Positions 38,326-48,666 are shown, counted from the stretch's first letter. The stretch: 56,540 bases of DNA from Bacteroidia bacterium (GCA_044357345.1 JBIKPR010000006.1:1-56540); one strand, 5' to 3'. The notes: generated by a model from the letters alone, not told the origin. Numbers and translations are program-made.

Positions 38326-39738
38326 TTAGTTTTTTGATTTTTGACAGGCGTTTGAAATCACTGGAACTGATGTTTTAGTGATGCCGGAAAATCCGCTTTC
38401 TACATCAACAAAATTACTCCAACCTCTAGATTTTAGAATTGATGCCGCTACCATGCTTCGATACCCACCGGCGCAATGCAGTATAAATGCTTTGTCTTTA
38501 GGGAATTCAGCGAGATGTTCGTTGATATAATCGAGTGGAATATTGATGGCATCTTTCACATGGTCAGCATTGAATTCATTTGCGTTTCTAACATCAATTA
38601 CGATGGGATTTTCTGCCAACTTAATTTCAAAAGCATCGGCTGCAATACGGTCTACTGCATCAATTTCTTTGCCTTCCTTTTTCCAGGCTTCAAAGCCGCC
38701 ATCTAAGTAAGCAATTGGATGGTCGTATCCCACACGAGCAAGTCTTGTTATGACTTCCTTTTCTCTATCTTTATCGGCAACAATTAATATTTCTTGTTTG
38801 ATATCCGGAATTAATGCACCAACCCAAGGGGCGAAGTTTCCATCTATTCCAATATTGATTGAATTGGGTATAAATCCTTTTGCAAAATCGTTGGCCTCAC
38901 GGGTGTCTAAAATTAAGGCAGAAGTTTCATTTGCCACAGCTTCAAATGCATTTGGACTTAATGCTTTCATTCCTCGTTCCATAATGTCATCAAAGCTATC
39001 ATAGCCTCTAATATTCATTAAAACATTTTTTGGGAAATATGCAGGTGGATTGGTCAATCCATCTAGTAATTCACTCATGAATTCATCTTTGCTCATATCG
39101 GCTCTTAAAGCGTAATTAACTTGCTTTTGATGTCCTAATGTATCAGTTGTTTCTTTGCTCATGTTTTTGCCACAAGCACTCCCTGCACCATGGTTGGGGT
39201 AGATAATTATATCGTCAGACAAAGTCATGATTTTATTGCGCAATGAATCGTATAGATGGGCTGCAAGTTTCTCGCTCGTTAATTCAGCGATAACATGTTG
39301 CGCCAAATCAGGACGACCAACATCACCAATAAATAATGTATCACCTGAAATTAAACCATGTTCTTTACCTGTTTCATCAATTACCAAGTAACAAGTGCTT
39401 TCCATGGTATGACCTGGAGTATGTATCACTTTAACTTGATAATCACCCACTTTAAAAATTTGATTGTCTGAGGCAACTACGGCGTCAAAACCAGGTTTGG
39501 CTGTTGGTCCATACACAATTTCTGCACCAGTTTTTTTAGCTAAATCGAGGTGACCAGAAACAAAGTCTGCGTGAAAATGTGTTTCAAAAACATATTTAAT
39601 TTTAGCATTGTCTTTGTTTGCTCTATCAATATATGGTTGAACTTCTCTTAGTGGGTCAAAGATTGCAGCTTCTCCATTGCTTTCTAAATAGTATGCAGCA
39701 TGTGCGATACAACCGGTATAAATTTGTTCTAATTTCAT
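38326..39738 (-). CDS. MBL-fold persulfide dioxygenase-like protein fused to tandem rhodanese domains (CstB-like)
   Basis: ETHFHADFVSGH, HTPGHT, GDTLF, DVGRPDL, HGAGSACGK; C-terminal HCAGGYRS. Confidence 0.92.
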   Translation of the reverse strand: MKLEQIYTGCIAHAAYYLESNGEAAIFDPLREVQPYIDRANKDNAKIKYVFETHFHADFVSGHLDLAKKTGAEIVYGPTAKPGFDAVVASDNQIFKVGDYQVKVIHTPGHTMESTCYLVIDETGKEHGLISGDTLFIGDVGRPDLAQHVIAELTSEKLAAHLYDSLRNKIMTLSDDIIIYPNHGAGSACGKNMSKETTDTLGHQKQVNYALRADMSKDEFMSELLDGLTNPPAYFPKNVLMNIRGYDSFDDIMERGMKALSPNAFEAVANETSALILDTREANDFAKGFIPNSINIGIDGNFAPWVGALIPDIKQEILIVADKDREKEVITRLARVGYDHPIAYLDGGFEAWKKEGKEIDAVDRIAADAFEIKLAENPIVIDVRNANEFNADHVKDAINIPLDYINEHLAEFPKDKAFILHCAGGYRSMVAASILKSRGWSNFVDVESGFSGITKTSVPVISNACQKSKN

Positions 39739-39788
39739 TTTATTGATGGTTTATTAATGCAAAATTAGAGCTAAACTAAATAATAAAA

Positions 39789-39804
39789 TGTGATATTGGT
39801 CACA
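39789..39804 (-). promoter_or_regulatory. Putative Crp/Fnr-family operator
   Basis: TGTGA-N6-TCACA, 21 nt upstream of TAATTTTG (39760-39767, minus strand). Confidence 0.65.
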
Positions 39805-39815
39805 ATGGGATTGAG

Positions 39816-39846
39816 TAGGGTATAGGGTCTAGCGTTTAGGGTATAG
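39816..39846. repeat. Short heptamer tandem repeat
   Basis: TAGGGTA-TAGGGTC-TAGCGTT-TAGGGTA-TAG. Confidence 0.65.
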
Positions 39847-39899
39847 TTTTAATTAAAATGCATCAAGATTTCGATTATCAACTATTAACCAATAATTCA

Positions 39900-39942
39900 T
39901 CCCGTACCGCGACGAAGCATAGCGGAGTCTCTGGTACCGGGA
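39900..39942. repeat. GC-rich REP-like hairpin at the 3' end of the WYL gene
   Basis: TCCCG-TACC-GCGAC ... GTCTC-TGGTAC-CGGGA imperfect stem. Confidence 0.5.
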
Positions 39943-39949
39943 CAAATAA

Positions 39950-40879
39950 CTATTTCACCAAATTAGGCTTCAAATGTCCCGCTTGTTTGTCGAGTAGCTG
40001 ACTAACATACAAAAGCAAATGTTCTTGAAAGTCGAATGAGCCTAAAATCTCCACCTCATCCAAGAGGCCCATAACAAATCGGGTAATTGGAAGCGCGTCG
40101 TTAACCGTCAATTTTAGAAGATAGGTTTGCGTTTTTGGTTCAGGTTTTATAAATTGAAGTGTGCGTGGATATTCTTCTTTTAATAGCAAATAGGCACGCA
40201 AACTCAGCCGGAGATCGATGTCATATTTAGGGTTGTTGTTTTCTGCATATCCAAAAGCATCGGTGGGAATTACATAATGTTTTGATTTGTGTTTTGTGTT
40301 TGATTTCAATACTTCAACTTCTGAGATACGACTCAAATTAAAATACTTATTTTCTCCACTTTTCAATTCATAAGCACACAATGAATCATAATTTTCCGAG
40401 AGTTCAATGGGCTCAACTTTTCTATCGGAAATGTTCTGAGAACGAACACTGTGGTAATTTTTAAGGATAATTTGTTTGTCATTAATAATGGCAAAATTAA
40501 TTTTTTCAATCATTTTGCCTAGATGGGCTTGTAAAAGATTTTCACCGTGAAAAATAATTTCAGATTTTTGATATACCTTTTTAAGTAAGGAATCTCTCAA
40601 TTTGTTTTTCTTGCCTGTTGAAAGAATTAGCTCTTTCAATAAACTGGCTTCTTCATTGGTGAAGCTAGCTTCAACTTCAGCCTCTCCTTCGATGTAGTAA
40701 CGTTTTGAAATGTCTTTTTGCAGGTTAAATCCTAACTCTTTAATCAGGTCGAGATAACGGTAAACGGTGCGTTCGGTGTTGTCCAATAAAGTTGCGAGTG
40801 CGGATATCTGCTTTGGCGGATTCTTTTTCAAAAGAGAAATGAGCTGCAGAACGCGGAGTATTTTATGCTGGTTGTGCAT
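39950..40879 (-). CDS. HTH-WYL-WCX transcriptional regulator
   Basis: wHTH ERTVYRYL, WYL domain DRKVEP...LCAY...FNLSRI, WCX AFG; start reset to MHNQHK. Confidence 0.9.
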   Translation of the reverse strand: MHNQHKILRVLQLISLLKKNPPKQISALATLLDNTERTVYRYLDLIKELGFNLQKDISKRYYIEGEAEVEASFTNEEASLLKELILSTGKKNKLRDSLLKKVYQKSEIIFHGENLLQAHLGKMIEKINFAIINDKQIILKNYHSVRSQNISDRKVEPIELSENYDSLCAYELKSGENKYFNLSRISEVEVLKSNTKHKSKHYVIPTDAFGYAENNNPKYDIDLRLSLRAYLLLKEEYPRTLQFIKPEPKTQTYLLKLTVNDALPITRFVMGLLDEVEILGSFDFQEHLLLYVSQLLDKQAGHLKPNLVK

Positions 40880-41009
40880 GTCTTGTTGGTCATACAAATT
40901 GAATGAATAAATTTGGATTGTGCAAGACATGATTTTCTGAAATTTACCTTTTCAAAAAAGCAAGAATACAGGGTATAGATTTTAACGCATTTTTGTTTTT
41001 ATTTGTCCA

Positions 41010-41771
41010 ATGAAAACATACTTGTTGTCTCTGTTGTTTCTGCTCAATCTTACCGCATTTAGTCAAACATCTTACCAAGATGTTGTATATCTGAAAAATG
41101 GTTCGAAGATAAAAGGTATGATAACAGAGTTCGTACCGAATGTTTCTTATAGCATTACAACTAATGACGGAAGTGTTTTTGTTTGTGCAATTGGCGATAT
41201 TCTCAAGATTGCAAAAGAGGCAATAGTAATTAGTACTGCCATAAGGCAAAAAGATAGCTTGCCATTAGTTCCTGCAGCACTTGAATATCCAGGCGGTGAA
41301 GAATTCACGAAAGGATATAGGGGAATTGTAGAACTAGGTTATGGTTTGAGTTCCGGCAAATATGGTCTTGATGTTACCAATTTCAATTTTGTTAATGGCT
41401 ATCAATTAAGTGAACAGATGTTTGTTGGCGTGGGGACAGGGTTTAAATATTTTACAGAATCGAAGTTTACATTAATTCCCTTATACGCCGATTTTAAATA
41501 TACTTTCTTAAAGCAGATGGTTAGTCCTATGTTTGGTTTTAGTGCAGGCTTTTCATTCAATCCGAACAACGGATTTGAAGGGGAGGGCTTTTTGTTTAAT
41601 CCAAGTATTGGTGCTCAAATAAAAGGACCGAAAAATACCCGTTTCAATATTGGCCTGAATTACCAAACCCAACAAATGAATTTCTTAGTATTGGAACCAG
41701 GAGGAAGATTTTTAACCAATGTTATCCGTTTTTCGGAATCTGCAGGTTTAACCTTCGGTTTTGTTTTTTAA
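41010..41771 (+). CDS. Outer-membrane beta-barrel protein with N-terminal DVVYLKNGS domain
   Basis: Signal peptide, QDVVYLKNGSKIKG, alternating beta-strands, terminal Phe. Confidence 0.8.
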   Translation: MKTYLLSLLFLLNLTAFSQTSYQDVVYLKNGSKIKGMITEFVPNVSYSITTNDGSVFVCAIGDILKIAKEAIVISTAIRQKDSLPLVPAALEYPGGEEFTKGYRGIVELGYGLSSGKYGLDVTNFNFVNGYQLSEQMFVGVGTGFKYFTESKFTLIPLYADFKYTFLKQMVSPMFGFSAGFSFNPNNGFEGEGFLFNPSIGAQIKGPKNTRFNIGLNYQTQQMNFLVLEPGGRFLTNVIRFSESAGLTFGFVF

Positions 41772-42269
41772 TTAAATTTTACCCAAGATCGCTTTAAAGG
41801 TTTCTTTGCCTTTAGGAATTTGTTTTAAGTTACCAATAAGTAAAATAGAGCGGTCTAAACGAAGTTGTGGGTTTTTAACTTGAGAGACATAAAAAATGAT
41901 GTAACGTTGCATGCCGGGACTAAGGGTTTTAAACCTGTCCATGCCTTCAGTGTCTTGTTGTAAAAGGGTTTCAAGCTCTTCACACATATCGAGTCCAAAC
42001 TCGCTTTCGTCTTTTTCAAGTTGAACTTTTACATGGTCGCCAGTTTGAAGATTTAGTTTCTTCATTCTTGCTTTGTTTAGGGTAATGTAAGCATCGCCTT
42101 CACTGAGAGATACAAATCCACATTGAAATTCAATTTGGTTTTGAACATGGCAAATCCATCGACCTGATTTGATTCCGCCACATTCAATTAAAATTTTGGC
42201 GGGAACGAAAATGTAGTTCACTCCAAGCAGGTAGTCTAGTTTGCCAATATGGGTTTCGAACGAAATCAA
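41772..42269 (-). CDS. DUF1905 + YdeI/OmpD-associated family protein
   Basis: GDHVKVQL, EELETLL, FKTLSPGMQR, QVKNPQLR; TTG start after TATATTTG. Confidence 0.8.
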   Translation of the reverse strand: MISFETHIGKLDYLLGVNYIFVPAKILIECGGIKSGRWICHVQNQIEFQCGFVSLSEGDAYITLNKARMKKLNLQTGDHVKVQLEKDESEFGLDMCEELETLLQQDTEGMDRFKTLSPGMQRYIIFYVSQVKNPQLRLDRSILLIGNLKQIPKGKETFKAILGKI

Positions 42270-42432
42270 AATCTTAAGCGGATAGCAAATATAAAACAAT
42301 TGGCAAAAAAATACGAAAATATAGTTCTAAGTATGGTTTTTAAAGTGCTTGATGTTAAGTAATTGTATTTTATTGTGATTAATATTTTAAAATACAGACT
42401 TTAGTTTTCATTTGAAAAAATAGAGCTTATCT

Positions 42433-43581
42433 TTGCGCGCAGTGAAATTTTCCAATGATTTAAAAGTATACCCAATGTTGGATTTAAGTGCCCAGTATCA
42501 GCAATTGAAAGGGGACTTATTGCCTGCCATGGAATCCGTAATGGAAAATGCTGTTTTTATCAATGGATCTGAGCTTAAAGAATTTTCAAAAGCTTTAGAA
42601 GAGTATACTAGAATTAAGCATGTTATTCCTTGCGCCAATGGAACAGATGCTCTTCAATTGGCTTTCATGGCTTTGGATTTGCCTGAAGGTTCTGAAGTTA
42701 TTTGTCCAGGATTTACGTATATTGCTGTTGCAGAAGTATGTAAGTTGTTGAAATTGGTTCCTGTTTTTGCAGAGGTGGATTCAGATACTTTTAATTTGGA
42801 TCCATTTGAAATCGAAAAGCACATCACACCGAATACCAAAGTGATAGTTCCAGTGCATTTGTTTGGTCAATGTTGTGACATGGAATCCATTATGGCGATT
42901 GCTGAAAAGCACAATTTATTTGTCATTGAAGACAATGCCCAATCGATAGGTGCGGAATGTTATTATTCTGATGGCAGTATTAAGCCAGCAGGAGGGATTG
43001 GGCATATTGGAACGACCTCTTTTTTCCCATCAAAAAATTTAGGTGCTTATGGCGATGGCGGTGCTGTGTTTACCAATGATGATTTGATGGCTAAGAAAAT
43101 AATAACACTTGCCAATCATGGCCAAGAACTTAAATACCATCACAAAATGGTGGGAATTAATTCAAGACTAGATACATTGCAGGCAGCCGTTTTGCTGGTG
43201 AAATTAAAGTATTTGAAACAATTTACCCAAACAAGGCAAGAAACAGCCGCCGCATATGATGAAGCATTTAAGGATTTAGAAAATGTAAAAATACCAAAGC
43301 GTTTTAATAAGTCCAGTCATGTTTTTCATCAATACACTTTGCAGGTTTTGAAAGGTGATAGAGCTCAGCTTGTGGCGTCTTTGAAAACGGCAGGTATTGC
43401 AAGTATGGTTTACTATCCGATACCTGTGCACAAACAGGAAGCATTCAGAAATGATCAAATTTTGCCGGTTTGTGAAAACCTTTGTAAGACGGTTATAAGT
43501 TTGCCCATTGGAACTGAAATGAGCAAAGAAAGCATAGAATATATTACATCCACATTTAGACAAATTATAAAACAAAAATGA
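42433..43581 (+). CDS. DegT/DnrJ/EryC1/StrS PLP aminotransferase
   Basis: ANGTDAL, VHLFGQ, IEDNAQ, SFFPSKNLG, NSRLDTLQAA; real start probably GTG 42442. Confidence 0.95.
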   Translation: MRAVKFSNDLKVYPMLDLSAQYQQLKGDLLPAMESVMENAVFINGSELKEFSKALEEYTRIKHVIPCANGTDALQLAFMALDLPEGSEVICPGFTYIAVAEVCKLLKLVPVFAEVDSDTFNLDPFEIEKHITPNTKVIVPVHLFGQCCDMESIMAIAEKHNLFVIEDNAQSIGAECYYSDGSIKPAGGIGHIGTTSFFPSKNLGAYGDGGAVFTNDDLMAKKIITLANHGQELKYHHKMVGINSRLDTLQAAVLLVKLKYLKQFTQTRQETAAAYDEAFKDLENVKIPKRFNKSSHVFHQYTLQVLKGDRAQLVASLKTAGIASMVYYPIPVHKQEAFRNDQILPVCENLCKTVISLPIGTEMSKESIEYITSTFRQIIKQK

Positions 43582-44900
43582 AAATAGCAGTTGTAGGGAC
43601 AGGGTATGTTGGTTTGGTTACCGGAACCTGTTTTGCAGAAGTTGGTCTTAACGTTGTATGTATAGACATTGACCAAAAGAAAATTGAAAATTTAAAACAA
43701 GGTATTTTGCCAATTTACGAGCCAGGACTATATGAAATGGTGAAGCGTAATTTTGACAAGGGAAGATTAAGTTTTTCAACCAGTTTGAAAGACAGCATCG
43801 AAGGTTGTGAAGCTGCATTTATTGCAGTGGGAACACCACCTGATGAAGATGGAAGTGCAGACCTGAAATATGTATTGGGTGTTGCAACTGAAATTGGAAC
43901 TTATATGCGAGATTATATGGTAGTGGTTACCAAAAGCACTGTGCCAGTGGGAACTGCTAATAAGGTTAGAACTGCTTTGAAAAACGCATTGAATGCCCGC
44001 AACAGCAATATTGATTTTGACGTAGCGAGCAATCCTGAGTTTTTGAAAGAAGGTGCTGCGATCGATGATTTCATGAAACCAGATAGAATTGTTATTGGTG
44101 TAGAATCAGACAAAGCCCAAGAAGTGATGAGCCGCTTGTACAAGCCGTTTTTATTGAATGGGCATCCATGTATCTTCATGGATATTCCAAGTGCAGAAAT
44201 GACCAAATACGCAGCAAATAGCATGTTGGCCACTAAGATTAGTTTCATGAATGACATTGCTAATTTATGTGAAATAATGGGCGCTGATGTAAACATGGTG
44301 CGCAAGGGAATCGGAAGTGATAGCCGTATAGGACACAAATTTATTTACCCAGGAATAGGCTATGGAGGATCTTGTTTTCCGAAAGATGTTAAAGCACTAA
44401 TAAAAACAGCTGATGAGCATGGTTATAGCATGCAAGTATTAAAAGCGGTTGAACAGGTTAATGATGGTCAAAAGCAAGTAATGTTCTCGAAATTATCAAG
44501 TCATTTCGGAACATTGTCAGGTAAAACGATCGCCATGTGGGGCTTGTCATTTAAGCCAAAAACAGATGATATGCGTGAGGCACCAAGTTTGGTTATTATT
44601 GATGAATTGATAGCTGCAGGTGCTAAAGTAGTGGCTTATGATCCAGTTGCAATGCATGAGGCTGAGAGAATATTAGGCAATAAAATCGCATATTCAATAG
44701 ATCAATATGCAACATTAGAAGGTGCAGATGCATTGGTAATAGTAACCGAATGGCCGGAATTTAGATCTCCAGACTTTGGTAAAATTGCTTCAGCATTGAA
44801 GCAGAAGGCAATTTTTGATGGCAGAAATATTTATGAGCCAGAGGAGATGAAAACATTGGGTTTCCATTATGAATGTATCGGCAGAATAAAAACAAACTAA
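43578..44900 (+). CDS. ugd: UDP-glucose 6-dehydrogenase
   Basis: [36 protein letters not shown]. Confidence 0.96.
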   Translation: MKIAVVGTGYVGLVTGTCFAEVGLNVVCIDIDQKKIENLKQGILPIYEPGLYEMVKRNFDKGRLSFSTSLKDSIEGCEAAFIAVGTPPDEDGSADLKYVLGVATEIGTYMRDYMVVVTKSTVPVGTANKVRTALKNALNARNSNIDFDVASNPEFLKEGAAIDDFMKPDRIVIGVESDKAQEVMSRLYKPFLLNGHPCIFMDIPSAEMTKYAANSMLATKISFMNDIANLCEIMGADVNMVRKGIGSDSRIGHKFIYPGIGYGGSCFPKDVKALIKTADEHGYSMQVLKAVEQVNDGQKQVMFSKLSSHFGTLSGKTIAMWGLSFKPKTDDMREAPSLVIIDELIAAGAKVVAYDPVAMHEAERILGNKIAYSIDQYATLEGADALVIVTEWPEFRSPDFGKIASALKQKAIFDGRNIYEPEEMKTLGFHYECIGRIKTN

Positions 44901-44901
44901 T

Positions 44902-45894
44902 ATGACACAGAAAAGAGTACTAATAACTGGAGCGGCTGGATTTTTAGGTTCACACCTTTGCGACCGTTTCATTAAAGAAGGATGCCATGTAATTGCAATG
45001 GACAATTTGATTACAGGTGATCTAAGAAACATTGAGCATTTATTTAAGCTAAAAGAATTTGAGTTTTACCACCATGATGTGTCAAAATTTGTACATGTGC
45101 CTGGTAATTTAGATTATATATTGCATTTTGCTTCACCAGCAAGTCCTATAGATTATTTAAAAATCCCAATTCAAACTTTAAAAGTTGGTTCTTTGGGTAC
45201 GCATAATTTATTGGGATTGGCTAAGGCAAAAAATGCTAGAATATTAGTCGCTTCGACAAGTGAAGTTTATGGCGATCCTATGGTACATCCACAAACAGAA
45301 GACTATTGGGGTAACGTAAACCCAGTAGGACCAAGAGGTGTATACGATGAAGCAAAACGCTTTCAGGAAGCAATAACAATGGCTTACCATACTTTCCATG
45401 GTGTAGAAACTAGAATCATAAGGATATTCAATACCTATGGTCCTAGAATGCGATTAAACGATGGCAGAGTATTGCCAGCATTTATCGGTCAAGCGCTAAG
45501 GGGGCAAGATTTAACCGCATTTGGAGATGGATCTCAAACAAGGTCTTTTTGTTATGTAGATGATTTGGTAGAAGGTATTTATAGATTGTTGTTAAGCGAT
45601 TGTGCTACACCTGTGAATATTGGAAATCCTGATGAGATTACCATAAATGATTTTGCCCAGGAGATTATTAAATTAACTGGCACCAATCAAAAGGTTATAT
45701 ACAAAGATTTGCCAATGGATGATCCAAAACAAAGACAACCTGAAATTAGTAAGGCTAGAGAGATTTTGGGATGGGAACCAAAGGTTAGTCGCCAAGAAGG
45801 CTTGAAGATTACGTATGAATATTTTCAGTCATTACCGAAAGAGCGTTTGTATGAAGAGCCTCACGGAAGAGACTTCTCACAGAATAGCAAGTAA
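44902..45894 (+). CDS. UDP-glucuronic acid decarboxylase (UDP-xylose synthase) family
   Basis: [37 protein letters not shown]. Confidence 0.93.
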   Translation: MTQKRVLITGAAGFLGSHLCDRFIKEGCHVIAMDNLITGDLRNIEHLFKLKEFEFYHHDVSKFVHVPGNLDYILHFASPASPIDYLKIPIQTLKVGSLGTHNLLGLAKAKNARILVASTSEVYGDPMVHPQTEDYWGNVNPVGPRGVYDEAKRFQEAITMAYHTFHGVETRIIRIFNTYGPRMRLNDGRVLPAFIGQALRGQDLTAFGDGSQTRSFCYVDDLVEGIYRLLLSDCATPVNIGNPDEITINDFAQEIIKLTGTNQKVIYKDLPMDDPKQRQPEISKAREILGWEPKVSRQEGLKITYEYFQSLPKERLYEEPHGRDFSQNSK

Positions 45895-45904
45895 CAGATA
45901 ATTT

Positions 45905-45933
45905 AAAAAGGGGGATTTAGATCCTCCTTTTTT
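45905..45933. terminator. Bidirectional intrinsic terminator
   Basis: AAAAAGGGGGAT-TTAG-ATCCTCCTTTTT between convergent genes. Confidence 0.8.
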
Positions 45934-45936
45934 ATT

Positions 45937-47352
45937 TTAGAAAGGTTTTCTGAAAGTAATACCCATTTGCAAGTCACGCATATTGACTGCATATTGGTTT
46001 GAATTTACTTTCCAAGGGTTTAAATACATTTGTAAACCCGTGTAAACACCTATTTGACCAATGTCATTAAAGTTTGTGTAAAGTGATAGATTGGAATTTA
46101 ATGAAGCCGAAAACTGTGTTGAGTTACTTTCCTTTACGCTATTGCCCCAAATCATGTTTAAGTGTTCTGTATTGTGGCTATTGATCATTGAGAAACCGCC
46201 ACCTAAACCATAGGACATAAAGGTAGATTCTGAGATTTTATGTTCAGCACTTAATCTAAAAGGAACAGTTAAAATATGGTACTTGTTGTTGACGGCTAAA
46301 GAAAAGTTAGAAGCCGCTAGATAGTATGTCGTGTCGTTGCCATAAATAACTTTCAAGAGGATTTGAGTATATTGGTTAATTCTGCCAGTATTGTCGCGCG
46401 CAGCGATGTCGTAACTGCTTTCGTTTAATTTTATTTCTTCGGTACGGATGCTGTAATTTAAACCAGTTTCAAAAATGAAGCGTTGGTTTTTGCCAAATTT
46501 GAGTGCATAATGCCCAAAAGCTTGAAAGCCACTTCCATTGCTGGTAAGTCTATTTTTATTGTCCCATAGATGTTTGTGCACCCAAGCTTGTGAGTCTTGA
46601 TTTACTTTTATGCTGTTTATAGCCAATTGTGGTCCAAGCCCTAAAGTGAACCATCTCTTTGATGTAAAATCACTGGTCTTTGGTGGCTTGTTTGAATTTG
46701 GTTTTAGGGCCTTAATCGGGTTTTTAACTTTAAGATCAACACTATAACTTTCGTCCAAAGCGAAAGGTTTAAAGAAATTAGGGAACCATTCAAATTTAAA
46801 GAAATTAAGCAGGTCTAATTCTCCAAAATTAGTACTTGCAACAGCCGGAACAGAGTTGCTATTTGGGTTTAGTTTGTTGTTGCTTTCATTGAGTGGATTT
46901 TTCTGATTCAAAGGGTTTGTAGTTGAAGACTGATTCTTTTGACTTTTGTTTCTGCTCGTTTCAGTCGCTTTTACAATGCCAGTATTTTCTCGGTATGAAG
47001 CAGTTTTACTAATGTTGGCTTTATTGTCAGTAAATTCAATTGATTCCGTTTGGTCTTTAATTTTTTTGTCAATGGAGTTTGCTGTCTTGTTTGCGATATT
47101 TTGATTGCTTGCAGGGATAGGTTCGTTTGTCGGTTTTTCAATTGCTAAATCTTGGCTTGTCGGTTTTTGAATTTCTACCCATACAATACCAACTGTTACA
47201 GCGATAATAGCAGGCAATATCCAGTACCAAAAAGGTGTTTTAGCCTTTGGTTCAAGCTTAGATGAGATATTTGCCCATAGTTGATCCTTAGGCGGTAAAT
47301 ACTCGTCGTTAAAAGCTGATTTTAATCTGTTGTCAAATTCTTCTGGACTCAT
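45937..47352 (-). CDS. Putative dual-membrane-spanning anti-sigma factor
   Basis: N-terminal FD..LK...PP...W..I anti-sigma-like segment, one TM helix, long N/S/K/T-rich linker, C-terminal beta-barrel-like region ending in Phe; overlaps the ECF sigma gene. Confidence 0.75.
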   Translation of the reverse strand: MSPEEFDNRLKSAFNDEYLPPKDQLWANISSKLEPKAKTPFWYWILPAIIAVTVGIVWVEIQKPTSQDLAIEKPTNEPIPASNQNIANKTANSIDKKIKDQTESIEFTDNKANISKTASYRENTGIVKATETSRNKSQKNQSSTTNPLNQKNPLNESNNKLNPNSNSVPAVASTNFGELDLLNFFKFEWFPNFFKPFALDESYSVDLKVKNPIKALKPNSNKPPKTSDFTSKRWFTLGLGPQLAINSIKVNQDSQAWVHKHLWDNKNRLTSNGSGFQAFGHYALKFGKNQRFIFETGLNYSIRTEEIKLNESSYDIAARDNTGRINQYTQILLKVIYGNDTTYYLAASNFSLAVNNKYHILTVPFRLSAEHKISESTFMSYGLGGGFSMINSHNTEHLNMIWGNSVKESNSTQFSASLNSNLSLYTNFNDIGQIGVYTGLQMYLNPWKVNSNQYAVNMRDLQMGITFRKPF

Positions 47353-47899
47353 GTTTCTTTATTTCCTGGTTATACAGTTGCCATAACATACTTCTAGCTC
47401 TTGTAAGTGAACTTCTGGAGGTACTTTCTGGCATGTTTAATTTTTCTGATATTTCTTTGTGGCTAAAACCGTCAATTGCGTAGAGCATTAGGACAACTTT
47501 ATAGTTTTCCGGTAATTTTTCCAAAAGAATCATTACCAATTCGGAATCAAATTTCTCTGGTGCTTCCTGATTAATTTCAGGGAACTGTCTGGTTTGGTCG
47601 TCGATGCTTACCTGTAAAGCAAGACGTTTTAATGAGCGCAATTTGTTAATGGATTCATTGATAAAAATACGGGTCATCCATGTCTCCAAGCTGCTTTGAA
47701 AACTGAAGTTCTTAAGGTGGGTATATACCTTAACGAAGGCTTCTTGAAAAGCATCTTCAGCCAAATCGAGGTCTTTCAAATACCTTTTACTTATAGCCAA
47801 CATTTTTCCTGAAAAGCGATTATACAATGCCTCCTGCGACAATCTGTCGCCCTTTATGCAACCTTCTATAACCTGTTTTTCGGAGAACATTGTAAGCAC
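47333..47899 (-). CDS. ECF RNA polymerase sigma-70 factor
   Basis: AEDAFQEAF, SLETWMTRI, LPENYK, GFSHKEIS, ESTSRS.L.RAR. Confidence 0.95.
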   Translation of the reverse strand: MLTMFSEKQVIEGCIKGDRLSQEALYNRFSGKMLAISKRYLKDLDLAEDAFQEAFVKVYTHLKNFSFQSSLETWMTRIFINESINKLRSLKRLALQVSIDDQTRQFPEINQEAPEKFDSELVMILLEKLPENYKVVLMLYAIDGFSHKEISEKLNMPESTSRSSLTRARSMLWQLYNQEIKKHESRRI

Positions 47900-47955
47900 T
47901 GATACCTCTTAGACAAAGATATTCCAAAAAATGCTGCAAGAAAAGTAAAATTATT

Positions 47956-48666
47956 TTAAATGATTTTACCGAATGATACTTTTAATTTGAATTTAAAGAG
48001 TGATTCATTGCCTCGAACATCAATTCGCTCTATTTTAAATGGGTCATTTAATGGCAATTTATTAATTCGGTTACCTATGCGAAATGCACAAGATATTCCT
48101 GAATTTTTGAAAGCTAATTTTAAAGAATCAAATTCCAACTTATTTCTTTTTGGATATGCTCCATAAGTGTATGCCCAAGCATTTAGTGTTTTGTGTTTAA
48201 AAACTTCCATTTGCTTAACTGATTCTGAAATTTCTATAGCACGTTTCTCGGCACTTAAATCCAATAAATTGTCGTGCTTTAATCCATGGTGCGCAAAGTC
48301 AACTAAATTGACCATTTTTAAAATTTGATCTTCATTTAAAAAGGCTTGTTCAGTTGTGTCGTGCTTGGTTTTTTTATTGATAAAGCTATTTACTGTAAAA
48401 ATAGTAAAAGGGATGTCAAGGGCTTTAAATATTGGGTAGGCAAGGGTGTAGTTGTTTTCGTAGCCATCGTCAAAAGTGATTAAAATTGCGTTGTCAGGAA
48501 GTGGACTTCCCAGCTCAATGTGACTTAACAATTCTTTTAGAGTAATCGGCGTGTATTTTGATTTTACATACAACAACTGCTCATTTAATTGTGCGGCTGA
48601 TACACAAAGAAAATTGCGTTCATTTTTATCAACTTTGTGGTACATTAAAACACGAAGCGTATTCAT
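47956..48666 (-). CDS. Polysaccharide deacetylase (CE4/NodB)
   Basis: LMYHKV, ITFDDGY, HGLKH, AYTYG. Confidence 0.9.
   Translation of the reverse strand: MNTLRVLMYHKVDKNERNFLCVSAAQLNEQLLYVKSKYTPITLKELLSHIELGSPLPDNAILITFDDGYENNYTLAYPIFKALDIPFTIFTVNSFINKKTKHDTTEQAFLNEDQILKMVNLVDFAHHGLKHDNLLDLSAEKRAIEISESVKQMEVFKHKTLNAWAYTYGAYPKRNKLEFDSLKLAFKNSGISCAFRIGNRINKLPLNDPFKIERIDVRGNESLFKFKLKVSFGKII

Noticed and set aside
39816-39846. Telomere-like TTTAGGG resemblance
   Set aside because: Only four degenerate heptamers inside a bacterial intergenic spacer.
42433-45894. DegT-ugd-decarboxylase as a novel pathway
   Set aside because: Ordinary nucleotide-sugar genes commonly clustered in Bacteroidota.
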